The notes: a model not told the origin generated them from the sequence alone. 64,000 nt of DNA from Mobula hypostoma (GCF_963921235.1 NC_086097.1:30754001-30818000), one strand, 5' to 3'. Numbered from the stretch's first letter, positions 24,047 through 36,203 are shown. Numbers and translations are program-made.

Positions 24047-25054
24047 GGTTTAAGGTGCTGGGGAGTAGGTACAGAGGAGATGTCAGGGGTAAGTTTTTTA
24101 CTCAGAGAGTGGTGAGTGCGTGGAATGGGCTGCCGGCAATGGTGGTGGAGGCGGATATGATAGGATCTTTTAACAGGCTTTTGGATAGGTACATGGAGCT
24201 TAGAAAAATAGAGGGCTATAAGTAAGCCTAGTAATTTCTAAGGTAAAGAAATATTCGGCACAGCATTGTGGGCCGAAGGGCCTGTATTGAGCTGTAGGTT
24301 TTCTATGATACTGCTTTCCTACAACAGTATTTCTAGTAGATGTGTGCAATACTTGGAAGGGCTTTGCCCGTGATGTACTGGGCCAAATCCACTACTTTTT
24401 GTCAGATTTTCTGTTCAAAGGCATTGGTGTTTCCTTACCAGGCCTGATGCAGCCAGTCAATACACTCTCCACTGCATACCTAAAGAAGTTAGTCAAATCT
24501 TCAGATGTCATGCCAAATCGCTGCAGACTCCTAAGTAGAGATGCTGCTGTGCTTATGTGCCAGGTCCAGGACAGATCCTCTGAAATAGTACCACCCAGAA
24601 ATTTAAAGTTGCTGACCCTCTCCACCTCTGATCCTCTGATGAGCACTAGCTCATGGACCTCTGGTTTCCCTCTCTTGAAGCCTACAATCAGTTCCTTGGT
24701 CTTGTTGACATTGAGTGAGAGGCTGTTGTTACGACACCAGAAAAATTTTCAATCTCCCTCCTGTATGCTGATTCATCACTACCTTCAATTCAGCCCACAA
24801 CATTGGATGATAGTTCTAAACATTAACACAAGAGATACTGCTAATGTTGGAAATTCTGAGCAACACACACAAAATGCTGGAGCAACTCAGCAGGTCAGGC
24901 AGCATCTATAGAGGGGAATAAGCAGCTGACATTTTGGGCCGAATCCTCTCATCAGGACTGGAGCTCCCAAATATTTCCTACACTGTAGGATAACTCAGTG
25001 AAAACCTGCTCCTTAGTTACAAAGCCAGAGGGCACATGTAGTCTGAGACTTGCG

Positions 25055-25400
25055 CAGAGGTGGGGAGGGAGAAGCAGGGGGTAGGAGATGGGAAGAGAGA
25101 GGTATGGGGTGAGAGGGTAAGAGAGATGGAGTGGGAGAGTGGGAGGGAGGGAGGGAATGAGAGAGAATGAGAGATGGGGAGAGAGGGTGGGAGGGAGTAG
25201 AGAAAGAGGGGGTGGGAGGGAGGGAGGAGTGAGGAAAAGGGGGGAGTGAGGGAAGGATGGTGGGAGGGATGGAGGAGGGAGTGAGAAATTGAAAGAGGGA
25301 GAGCTAAAATCTAGGGTGGGTAGAAAGACAGGCAAAGAGAGGAGTGAGAAAGGGAAGAAGAATGGAGTAACAGCAAGAACACAGGCAGAAAGGAATAAAT
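25055..25400. repeat. Purine-rich low-complexity tract
   Basis: GGGAGG/GAGA-rich plus strand. Confidence 0.8.
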
Positions 25401-25989
25401 TAATAGATAAAGATATACAATAGGTTAATTGCAGTTTTCTCTGATCTATAAATAATTTCATATGTGTTTTTTTAAATCAACTTGTCCTCCTGTGTGATTT
25501 GTAATTCACACCTCTGGGACTTACTGTTCCTGCAACAACTTTAAAATATTCTCATAATGTAAAAAAAGAATTTCAGATGAAATCAACATCTTAAATAAAA
25601 TATACAACAGAAAAATGTGCTACTGGGTGCAACCAGTCTGGGGATACTTGACAGAATTCCTCCCTCTCCTTACGAATGGGGTTGAAAGGGAAAATAGATC
25701 GGCAATGTTTGAATGGAGGAGCACTTGATGGGCCAAATGGCCTGATTCTGCTTCTACTCCTTTTGGCCTTATGATCTCATTTCAGCTTGCCCATTTGGTG
25801 TCATTCTCCCTAAGGTAGGGGCCTGAATGGGACAGAACCGGCAGAACCCAGCTGTCCACAGAAGCTGGCTAGGTGCTGACTTGCAATTTGAGGAGTTATG
25901 TAGACATCTCCTCCTATCCCATTCCAAGCCCAGAGGTCACATGTACCAAGATACAGTGAAAAGCTGGTCTTGCATACTGATCATACGGA

Positions 25990-28900
25990 TCAAAGAAAGG
26001 GCAACTAAAAAAGCTGTAAGAAGGGAAAAGATGAAATATGAGGGCAAACTAGCCAGTAATATAAAGCACGATACTATAAGTCTTTTTTTCAGTTATATAA
26101 AGAGTAAAAGGGAGGTGAGAGTTGACACTGGACCACTGGAAAATGATGTTGGTGAGGTAGTAATGGGGAACAAAGAAATGGCAGATGAACTTAATATGTA
26201 CTTTGCATCAGTCTTCACTGTGGAAAACACTAGCAGTGTGTCAGAGGTCTGTGAGTATCAAGGAACAGGAGTACCATAGCAAGGAAAAAAAATGCTAGGC
26301 AAACCCAAAGGTCTTAAAGTGGATAGGTCACTTGGACCAGATGGACTACATCCCAGAGTCCTGAGAGAGGTTGCTGAATGGATGCATTGATCATGATCTT
26401 TCAAGGATCACTTGATTCTGGCATGGTCCCGGAGAACTGGAAAATTGCAAATGTCACTCCACTCTTTAAGAAGGGAGGAACACAAAAGAAAGGAAATTGT
26501 AGGCCAGTTAGCCTAACCTCAGTGGTTGGGAAAGTGTTGGAACCCATTATTAAGGACAAGGTTTCAGGGTACCTGGAGACTAATGATAATATAAGTCAAG
26601 GTCAGCATAGTTTCTGTAAAGGGCAATCTTACCTGACAAATCTGTTAGAGTTCTTCGAGGAAGTAACAAGCAGGGCGGACAAAGGAGAGGCAGTAGATGT
26701 CATTTACTTGGATTTTTGGAAGGCATTTGATAAGGTGCTACACATGAGACTGCTTAACAAGATAAAATCCTATGGCTTTACAGGAAAGATACTGGCATGG
26801 AGAGAGGAAAGGCTGACAGGCAGGAGGCAGCGAGTAGGAATAAAAGGAGCCTTTTCTGGTTGGCTGCCAGGGACTAATGGTGTCCCTCGGGGGTCAGTAT
26901 TGGGACCACTACTTTTCATATTGTTGGTCAATGATTCAGATAATGGAATTGATTGTTTTGAGGCAAAGTTTGCAGATACTGTAATACAAAGATAGGTGGA
27001 GCAGTAGGTAGTGCTGAGGAAGCAATGTGATTGCAGCAGGACTTAGACAAATTGGAAGAATGGGCAAAAAGGTGGCAGATGGAATACAGTGTTGGGAAAT
27101 GTATGATAATGCATTTTGGTAAAAGGGAAAATAGTGCAGACCATTTTCTAAATGGGGAGAAAATCCAAACATCAGAGGTGCAGAAGAACTTAGGAGTCCT
27201 TGTGCAAGACTTCCAGAAGGTTACTTTACAGATGAAGTCTGTGGTAAAGAAGGCAAATGCAATGTTGGCATTTATTTCAAGGGGAATAGAATATACAGTG
27301 CCTATAAAAAGTGTCCACCCCCTCTCCCCTTGGAAGTTTTCATGTTTTACTGTTTTATAACATCGAATCACAGTGGATTTAATTTGACTTTTTTGACACT
27401 GATCAACAGAAAAAGACTTTTTCATGTCACAGTGATTTAAATGAATTACAAATATAAAACACAAAATAATTGGTTGCATAAATATGCACCCCCTTCAAGT
27501 CAGTATTTAGTAGATGCACGTTTAGCAGCAATTACAGCCTCGAGTCTGTGTGGATCGGTCTCCATCAGTTTTGCACATCTGTTCACTGCAATTTTTCCCC
27601 ATTCTTCTTTACAAAACTGCTCAGGCTCTGTCAGATTGCATGGGATCGTGAGTGAACAGCCCTTTTCAAATCCAGCCACAAGTTCTCAGTTGGATTGAGG
27701 TCTGTACTCTGTTCACTCCAGGACATTAACTTTATTGTTTTTAAGCCATTCTTGTGTAGCTTTGGCTTTATGCTTGGGATTATTGTCTTGATGGAAAACA
27801 AATCTCCTCCCAAGTCTCAGTTCTCTTGCAGACTGCAGCAGGGTTTCCTCAATCTTGGTTTCATCAGACCATAGAACCTTCTTCCAGATGACTTCAGAGT
27901 CTCTCATGTGCCTCTGGCAAACTCTAGCCAAGATTTCATGTGAGTATTTTCAACAATGGCTTTCTCTTTGCCACTCTTCCATAAAGCTCTGAATGGTGAA
28001 GCAGCCAGGCAACAGTTGTTGTGTGCACAGTCTCTCCCATCTCAGCCACTGAAGCTTGTAAATCCTTCAGAGTTGTCATAGGTCTCTTGGTAGCCTCCCT
28101 CACTAGTCCCCTTCTTGCATGGTCACTCAAGTTTTTGTGGATGGCCTACTCTACGCAGATTTACAGCTGTTACCATATTCTTTGCATTTCTTTATAATTG
28201 TCTTAACTGTACTCCAAGGGATATTCAGTGACTTGGAATTTTCTAGTATCCATCTCCTGGCCTGTGATTTTCAATAACCTTTTCATAGAGTTGCTTGGAG
28301 TGTTCTTTTGTTTTCACAGTGTAGCTTTTGCCAGGATACTAACTCACCAGCAGTTGGACCTTCCAGATACAGGTGTATTTTTACTATAATCAGTTGAAAC
28401 ACCTTGACTGCACACAAGTGATCTCTATTATGTGACTTCTAAATCCAATTGACTGCACCAGTGATGATTTGGTTTGTCATATTAAGGGGGGGGGGTGAAT
28501 ATTTATGCAAGCAATTATTTTGTGTTCTATACTTATAATTAATTTAGATCACTTTGTTAAGATTTCTTTTCACTTTGACACAAAAGAGTCTTTTTCTGTT
28601 GATCAGTGTCAAAAAAGCCAAATTAAATCCACTGTGATTCAATATTGTAAAATAATAAAACATGAAAACTTCCCGGGGGTGGGGGGTGAATACTTTTTAA
28701 GGGCACTGTAAAAGCAAGAAGGTAACACTGAGGCTTTATAAGACATAAGCCAGGCCACACTTGGAGTATTGTCAACAGTTTTGGTCTCCATATCTCAGAA
28801 AGGATGTGTTGTCATTGGAGGGACCTCAGGGGAGGTTCACAAGGATGATTCCAGGAATAAAGGGGTTAACATATGAGGAGCGTTTGGCAGCTGTGGGCCT

Positions 28901-29412
28901 GTAATCACTGGAATTTAGCAGAATGCAGGGGAGACCTCATTGAAACCTAACGAATTTTGAAAGGACTAGATAGGGTGGATGTAGAGAGGATGTATCCTGT
29001 GGTGGGAAAGGTTGAATAGATTAGGACTTTTTTCTCTGGAGCATAGGAGAATGACGTGAGATTTGATAAATGCATACAAAATTATAAGGGGTGTAGATAG
29101 AATTAATGGCTTCTTCCACTGAGATTGGGTGAAACTGAATTGAGGCCAAAGGTTAAGGGTGAAATATTTAAGGGGCATATGAGGGAGAACTTCTTCACTC
29201 AGAGGTTGGCGTAAGTGTGAAATGAGCTGCCTGCTTAAGTGGTGGGTGTGGGTTTGATTTCAAAATTTAAGAGAAGTTTGGTTAAGTACATAGATGGAAG
29301 CGGTATGGAGAGCTATGGTCCAGGTGCAGGTAGATGGGAGTAGGCAGAATAACATTCTTGTAAGGACTAGAAGGGCCAAAGGGCCTGTTTCTGTGCTGTA
29401 GTGCTCTATGAT
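25990..29412 (+). mobile_element. CR1 LINE ORF2 pseudogene (RT domain to 3' end), interrupted by Tc1
   Basis: ORF 26378-26995 WKIANVTPLFKKG..RPVSLTSVVGKVLE..DVIYLDF.KAFDKV..GVPRGSVLGPLLF..KFAD; frameshifts and stops; continues after 28710. The final part (about 29005-29412) may be a separate CR1 fragment. Confidence 0.9.
27296..28708 (-). mobile_element. Tc1-family DNA transposon (IR/DR type), internally deleted, 1413 bp
   Basis: TA TSD at 27294-95 and 28709-10; ~200-bp TIRs starting CAGTGCC with inner ..TTCACCCCC direct repeats; transposase remnants [48 protein letters not shown]. Confidence 0.93.
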
Positions 29413-29654
29413 TCTAATATTCTGTTTAGAATCAAAATTAGGGACCATGAGCAAATATTCCAGAGCAGCTGATAACATGATTACAGGATGAGAGAAGCTA
29501 GTTACGAGGGGTTTGGCAACCAGATGCAACATACATGATGGTAATTAGGAAAGGAACATTTATCTAAATTATACATCACCAGTGGAGTGAGGAAAAGGTG
29601 TGCTGACGGCTATGGGTGCAGACAATGCCAAACGGCATTCCAAGAGAAATTCAC

Positions 29655-29698
29655 CTGTCATGTGTTTTCATGAAGTCCCATTCCTTCCGGACGCCGTT
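29655..29698 (-). CDS. NUDT14: NUDT14 internal coding exon (exon 2 equivalent, 44 nt): NGVRKEWDFMKTHD(S)
   Basis: Minus strand atctttttctgttgtttacag|AACGGCGTCCGGAAGGAATGGGACTTCATGAAAACACATGACAG|gtgaat. Only one frame is open. Matches human NUDT14 NGAQKSWDFMKTHDS as recalled, and the phase joins the 65-nt exon. Confidence 0.93.
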
Positions 29699-30037
29699 CT
29701 GTAAACAACAGAAAAAGATATGGTTCAGAAACCAACATGCGTGGGGAGCTCAGAATCGTTAGATACACTATCTCACAAATGAGCAGACAAGCACATTAGC
29801 TGTAGTTTCAGCTGCAACTTCTTGTGTGAATCCTGCTTATTAAATCCATGTTAGATACAGCTGTCCGCTGAAGTAAGAAAATAAAAGGAGTGAAGTTTGG
29901 TAAACTATTCTGTAAGAACTTAGTTTCAGTTCAGAACTGTCAAATCATTAACACTAAGAATTGTCCTGTAATGTACTGACAGAAAAGGTCGTGAAAATGG
30001 ATTCAACATGAACATGCTTTCAATAGGGAAATGGATA

Positions 30038-30445
30038 AGATTCAGATTTATTTATCACATGTATATCAAAACATACAGTGAAATGCATTGTTTGTGCTAA
30101 AATCAACACAACCCAAGGATGTGCTGCAGGCAGCCCATAAGTGTCACCACACATTCCAGTGCCAACACAGCATGGCCACAGCGTTCAGCAACAACAACAA
30201 CAAAACTGTATCGCTATCACCCCAGATCCAACACTGAGGAATGAATGAACTTTTCCCACCCTCTCAGCAACTACTCCTTTAACTTATCCCTGTATTTGGA
30301 ATGTGGGAGGAAACCAGAGCACATGGAGGAAAACCATGTGGTCACAGGCAGAACGCACAAACTCGTCACAGACAGCGATGGGAGCTGAGCTGCAATTGCT
30401 GGCACTGTGAAGGGTAAAGCTAACTGTTCCACTACGGTACTGCCC
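30038..30445 (-). mobile_element. V-SINE-like SINE(s)
   Basis: AGATTTATTTATCACATGTA tail; GGAATGTGGGAGGAAACCAGAGCAC core; CTACGGTACTGCCC head. Confidence 0.65.
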
Positions 30446-30719
30446 TAAATTGTCAGGAGGAAGGGAATGGGGAGGAAAGGAGCAGTCAAATTAATCACAG
30501 ACAAGAGATGTTGCAGATACTGAAAATCCTGAGCAATGCACAGAAAATGCTGGAGGATTTGAGCAGGTCAGACAGCATCTATAGAGAAGAATAAACAGTC
30601 GATGTTTCAGGCCGAGATCCTTTATCAAGTTAATTACACAGGAATTCATTACATAGTTCTACCATACGGCTACCGTAAATGGAGCCAATAGCTTCCTGTG
30701 ATGATGTATGGTAATTGCT

Positions 30720-31222
30720 AATTGGAATTAATTCATTATAATCGCATGTCCTGAGGTACAGTGAAAAATGTTGTTTTGTATGCCATCCATACAAATCATT
30801 TCAAGTATATTAAAGTAGTACAAGGGAAAAGCAATATGAGAATGCAGAATATAATGTTGGGGTTACAATTATAGAGAAAGTGCAGCAATGAAGGTAGATG
30901 ATAAGGTGCCAGGTCAATTGTGAGGTCAAGTGTTCACCTTTATCATACATCAGGTCCATTCAATAATTTTATAATAGTGGGATAGAAGCATCCTTGAGCC
31001 TGGTGGTTTGTGTTTTCAAACTTTTGTACCTTCTGCCCGATGGGAGATGAGAGAAGACAGAATGTCTGGGATGGAAGGGGTCTTTGAGTATGCTGGTCAC
31101 TTTACCAAGGCAGTGGAATATATAGACAGAGTCCATGAGGGCATGGCTGCTTTGTGCGATGTGCTGAGCCGTGTCCACAACTCACTGCGGTTTCTTGCAG
31201 TTCTGGGCAGAGCAGTTGCAAC
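30720..31222 (-). mobile_element. Rex1/Babar-type LINE 3' fragment
   Basis: ORF 30969-31178 ILKDPFHPRHSVFSHLPSGRRYKSLKTQTTRLKD. Confidence 0.8.
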
Positions 31223-31965
31223 CTAGAAATGCTACACCTGCCCATTCACCTCCTGCCTCACCAATCAGTCCTTCCAGGTGAGGCAGCACTTCACCCACGA
31301 ATCCGTTGGGGTCGTCTATTGTATCCGATGATCCTGATACAGCCTCCTCGACATTGGTAAGACCCAATGTAAATTGGGGGACTGCTTTGTTCAAGGCCTA
31401 CACTCTATCCACCAAAAGCAGAATTTCCCGGCAGTTAACTATTTTAGTCCTTATCCTCATTCTCGTTCCAACATGTTGGACCACCGTTTCATTTTCTGCC
31501 ATGAACAGGCCACTCTCAGGGTGGAGGAGCAACACTTCATACTCTGAACAGGTAGCCTCCAATCTGATGACATGAACATTGATTTCTCTTTCCCATAATT
31601 TTTTAACTTCCCCCTTCTCTCTTCTTCTAATCCCAATCCTGGCTGCTTATCTCTTCCCATCACCTGCCTTATCACCTTCCCTGGGTGCTCCCCCTTCTTC
31701 CCTTGTCCACTCTCTCCTCCTACCATATTCCAGCCCTTCACCTTTCCCACCCACCTGGCTTCACTTATCACCTCCTATTAGTCCTCCTTCCCCTCCCCCC
31801 ACATATTCTGGCATCTTCCCCCTTCCTTTCCAGTCCTGATGAAGGGTCTCAGCCTGAAACATTAATGTCAACTATTTATTCAACGATGCTATCTGACCTG
31901 CTGAGCTCATCCAGCATTTTCTGCATGTTACTTTGGATTTCCAGCAGCTATGTAATTTCTCTTGT
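31223..31965 (+). mobile_element. Penelope-like 3' fragment (GIY-YIG remnant plus pLTR)
   Basis: QSFQVRQHFTHESVGVVYCI.. remnant; ATLRVEEQH; pLTR homologous to 2460-2812. Confidence 0.85.
31832..31873 (+). ncRNA. Hammerhead ribozyme variant with extended palindromic stem III
   Basis: AGUC-CUGAUGA-AGG(GUCUCAG)CCU-GAA-ACAUUAAUGU-C^AACU; core intact; stem I has a C-A mismatch. Confidence 0.5.
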
Positions 31966-32364
31966 GCAATACAGATAAAATGTTTTCTACAGTTGCTTGA
32001 TTTTATGGCGGTTGGGGAGGGAGGGAGAGGAGGCAGTGGGCATGTGAATGTGAAAGCTCGCTGTTTACAGCTTCTGGGACCCAGAAGTTTAAGGAACAAA
32101 ACTGACCAGTCATGGCTAAAAAAATCTATCAGTGCCTCTGTGTAGAATTTGCCATACAAAAAAAACACCTAACATGAATATTACTGAATGAGATTCTGGT
32201 GAAAAGCAATGATATTGCAGGAAGATAATGGCAAATCAGTACACTGGGAAAGAGAGGGGTGCTATATTGATTTCACCAATATGGAAGATGATGCTGTTGT
32301 GAGGGAGCTTTGTCTAACTGGAACAGGGGAGGGAATTCCAGCATGTAAATGAGAAAATAACATT

Positions 32365-32635
32365 GAGTGAGTGTGTGTGAGAGAGTGACAGTGTGTGTGG
32401 GAGAGTGAGTGTGTGTGACAGAGTGACTGAGTGTGTGTGAGAGAGAGTGACAGTGTGAGAGTGACAGTGTGTGTCAGTGACAGAGAATGAATGTGTGTGT
32501 GTGAGACAGAGAGTATGTGTGACAGAGAGTGTGTATGAGAGAGTGACAGAGTGTGTGAGAGGGTGACAGTGCGTGTGAGAGAGGGTGACAGAGTGCATCT
32601 ATGAGAAAGAGAGAGAGAGTGTGTTAGAGAGAGAA
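32365..32635. repeat. Compound (GT)n/(GA)n/GTGACA microsatellite
   Basis: GTGTGTGAGAGAGTGACA-type degenerate units. Confidence 0.9.
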
Positions 32636-34818
32636 CTTTCATACCCATGAGGTTCTTGTGAAGTCCAGTCAACAGTATATTATAGAAATGATGTACAGCA
32701 AGCCTATACAAAGAGTGACCAGAGTGTAGTTTCTGAACCTTCCAGAAAGCCAAAGACAGAACCCTGGGTGGCAGTGTGATGGACATCCCTGTGGTAGAGA
32801 ACAGGAAGCTCAGGATAACACAAAGAAAATGTTGGAGGAGCTCAGTGTGTGTTTTTGTGTGTGAAGCTCAAGATTTCCAGCATCTGCAGAATCTCCTGCA
32901 TTTGTGGAAGCGCATGGCTGTCTTTATGGACTGCATGGAACATTTTAATCTCCTCTTCTGGTAAATTTAGATTTAATTCATCTCTTCCTTTCTTTAAGTT
33001 CTCTCCAGACATTTTTCTTCACTGGCTACAAGAACACCCCTTACTTCATTCATTCTCCTGGTCTCTGCTCTACCACAGACTTTCCTGCTCATTCTCCTCT
33101 TCTCTCCCGTTTCAAACTTCCGAAGAAACTTTATTGACTTGATTCACCAACTGCTTCTCTCTTAAAAGATGCTAACTGATTAATGGAATATTTTCATCCA
33201 CCACCCCTGAAGCAGAATCCCGACCTGTAATATCGATAATTCCTCTACTCCTGACTTGCAGTGTTTTTACTTTGGCTCCACATTATAGAGCTTGCAATCT
33301 CGTGTTGAGATGAGATTAAATAGAGAGGAAAATGAAGGGCCCATAAAACCATAAGACATGGGAGCAGAATTAGGCCATCTGGCCCATCGAGTCTGCTCCA
33401 CCATTCAATCATGACTAATACTTTTTTTTCTCCTCCTCAACTCAATTCCCAGCCTTCTCCCCATAACCTTTGATGCCATGTCCAATTAAGAATCTGTCAA
33501 TCTCTGCCTTAAATACACCCAACGACCTGGCCTCCACAGCTGCATGTGGCAACAAATTCCACAAATTCACCACCCTTTGGCTAAAGAAATTTCTCCGCAT
33601 CCCTGTTTCGAAAGGCATGCCTCTATCCTGAGGCTGTGCCCTCTTGTCCTAGACTTTCCCACCATGGGAAACATCCTTTCCAGATCTACTCTGTCTAGGC
33701 TTTCAACATTTGAGAGGATTCAATGAGATCCCCCCCTCATCCTTCTGAATTCCAGCGAGTACAGACCCAGAGCTATCAAATGTTCCTCGTATGATAGCCC
33801 TTTCATTCCTGGAATCATCCTTGTAAACCTCCTCTGGACCCTCTCCAACGCCAGCACATCTTTTCTAAGATAAGGGGCCTTAAATTGTTCACAATACTCA
33901 AGGTGAGGCCTCACCAATGCCTTATAAAGCCTCAGCATCACATCCTTGCTCTAGTATTTTAGACTTCTTGAAATGAATGCTAATATGGCATTTGCCTTCC
34001 TCACCACCAACTCAACCTGCAAGTTAACCTTCAGGTTGTTCCGCACAAGAACTCCCAAGTCCCTCTGCATCTTAGATTCCTGGATTTTCTCCCTATTTAG
34101 AAAACAGTCCGCACATTTATTTCTACTACTGAAGTGCATGACCATGCATTTTCCAACATTGTATTTCATTTGCCACTTTCTTGCCCACTCTCCTAATCTG
34201 TCTGTCCTTCTGCAGCCTCAACCCATTTCCTCAACACTACCTTAACCTCCATCAATCTTCGTATCATCTGAAAACCTGGCAACAAAGCCATCTATTCCAT
34301 CATCTAAATCATATACAGTGGCATGCAAAAGTTTGGGCACCCTGGTCAAAATTTCTGTTACTGCGAATAGCTAAGCGAGTAAAAGATGACCTGATTTCCA
34401 AAAGGCATAAAGTTAAAGATGACACATTTCTTTAATATTTAAGCAAGATTACTTTTTTTATTTCCATCTTTTACAGTTTCAAAATAACAAAAAGGAAAAG
34501 GGCCCGAAGCAAAAGTTTGGGCGCCCTGCATGGTCAGTAACACCCCCTTTGGCAAGTATCACAGCTTGTAAACACTTTCTGTAGCCAGCTAAGAGTCTTT
34601 TGATTCTTGTTCGGGGGATTTTCACCCATTCTTCCTTGCAAAAGGCTTCTAGTTCTGTGAGATTCTTGGGCCGTCTTGCATGCACTGCTCTTTTGAGGTT
34701 TATCCACAGATTTTCGATGATGTTTAGGTCGGGGGACTGTGAGGGCCATGGCAAAACCTTCGGCTTGCACCTCTTGAGGTAGTCCATTGTGGATTTTGAG
34801 GTGTGTTTAGGATCACTA

Positions 34819-35471
34819 AAGAAGCGTGCAGCGGCCACTCCGGTGATGAATGTCTGTTATTTGTCAAGTAGGATGCCGTGCACAATCCTGATCTGATGGA
34901 GACGGACGTGAGAAGCACGGAGGAACATCTGGTGAAACTTCTGAAATGCCTGTTTCGCTGCTGCTGCTACTGTGCGATCCAGAATCTCCGGAGGGGAAGG
35001 CCCCAAATCCTCGGCTTTGCTTGTTGCTTGGCGGACGGGGCCAGGGTCGAAGCGCTAGGCAGAGATGGTGCTCAGTGTCGGAGGGCTGGTCGTAGGATCA
35101 AAGTTTTCGGACGGACTCAGAGTCAGCTGTGGTTGGGTGCTTTCAGGGTGCTGCATTGGCAAATTTGCGGCGCTGGACGTTCATGGCAAGGAGAGTTTCT
35201 TCCTTCTACCGTCTGCGTGAGATGATGGGGCTATTGGGAGCTTGAGACTATTTTTTACTGTGCCCATGGTTTGCTCTTTATCAAATTACGGTACAGTATT
35301 GTTTTGCACTGTTGTAACTATATGTTATAATTATGTGGTTTTTGTCAGTTTTAGTCTTGGTCTGTCTTGTGTTTCTGTGATATCATACTGGAGGAACATT
35401 GTATCATTTCTTAATGCATGCATTACTAAATGACAATAAATGAGGACTGAGGGTCCTCACAATCTAATCTA
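34819..35471 (+). mobile_element. 653-bp non-coding, CpG-rich retroposon with (AATCT)n tail
   Basis: 7-bp TSD ATCACTA (34812-18 and 35472-78); AATAAA, TGAGGAC/GTCCTCA hairpin and AATCTAATCTAATC at the 3' end. Confidence 0.8.
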
Positions 35472-36138
35472 ATCACTATCCTGTTGTAGAAGCCATCCTC
35501 TTTTTATCTTCAGCTTTTTTTACAGACGGTGTGATGTTTGCTTCCAGAATTTGCTGGTATTTAATTGAATTCATTCTTCCCTCTACCAGTGAAATGTTCC
35601 CCGTGCCACCGGCTGCAACACAAGCCCAAAGCATGATCGATCCACTCCCGTGCTTAACAGTTGGAGAGGTGTTCTTTTCATGAAATTCTGCACCCTTTTT
35701 TTTTCTCCAAACATACCTTTGCTCATAGCAACCAAAAAGTTCTATTTTAACTTCATCAGTCCACAGGACTTGTTTCCAAAATGCATCAGGCTTGTTTAGA
35801 TGTTCCTTTGCAAACTTCTGATGCTGAATTTTGTGTGAGGATGCAGGAAAGGTTTTCTTCTGATGACTCTTCCACGAAGGACATATTTGTGCAGGTGTTG
35901 ATGCACAGTAGAACAGTGCACCACCACTCCAGAGTCTGCTAAATCTTCTTGAAGGTCTTTTGCAGTCAAACGGGGGTTTTGATTTGCCTTTCTAGCAATC
36001 CTACGAGCAGTTCTCTCAGAAAGTTTTCTTGGTCTTCCAGACCTCAACTTGACCTCCACCAGTCCTGTTAACTGACATTTCTTAATTACATTACGAACTG
36101 AGAAAACGGCTACCTGAAAACGCTTTGCTATCTTCTTA

Positions 36139-36203
36139 GTCATAGTCATAGTCATACTTTATTGATCCCAGGGGGAAATTGGTTTTCGTTATAGTTCTTA
36201 TAC
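36139..36203 (-). mobile_element. 65-bp extreme 3' tip of a LINE with (TATGAC)n tail
   Basis: TSD CTTCTTA (36132-38 and 36204-10); minus strand AATTTCCCCCTGGGATCAATAAAGTATGACTATGACTATGAC. Confidence 0.75.

Larger units (their letters stand above)
23717..24306 (+). mobile_element. CR1 LINE 3' end
   Basis: FTRMLPGLRSMPYENRLSELGLFSLERR; near-identical to the copies at 11064 and 44178; ends in TTTTCTAT. Confidence 0.9.
22845..24810 (-). mobile_element. Rex1/Babar-type LINE 3' portion hosting three younger insertions
   Basis: IIRDPHHPGHVLFSLLLSGRRYRCLRT (23134-23280) and VERVSNFKFLG.TISEDLSWT (24392-24646); continuity is restored if 23287-24306 is removed. Confidence 0.8.

Noticed and set aside
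26378..26995. 205-aa reverse transcriptase ORF as an active gene
   Set aside because: Fragment of CR1 ORF2 with flanking frameshifts, a disrupted FADD motif and a Tc1 insertion.
32071..32087. Short palindrome CTTCTGGG-A-CCCAGAAG
   Set aside because: An 8-bp arm is expected by chance in 64 kb; no supporting context.
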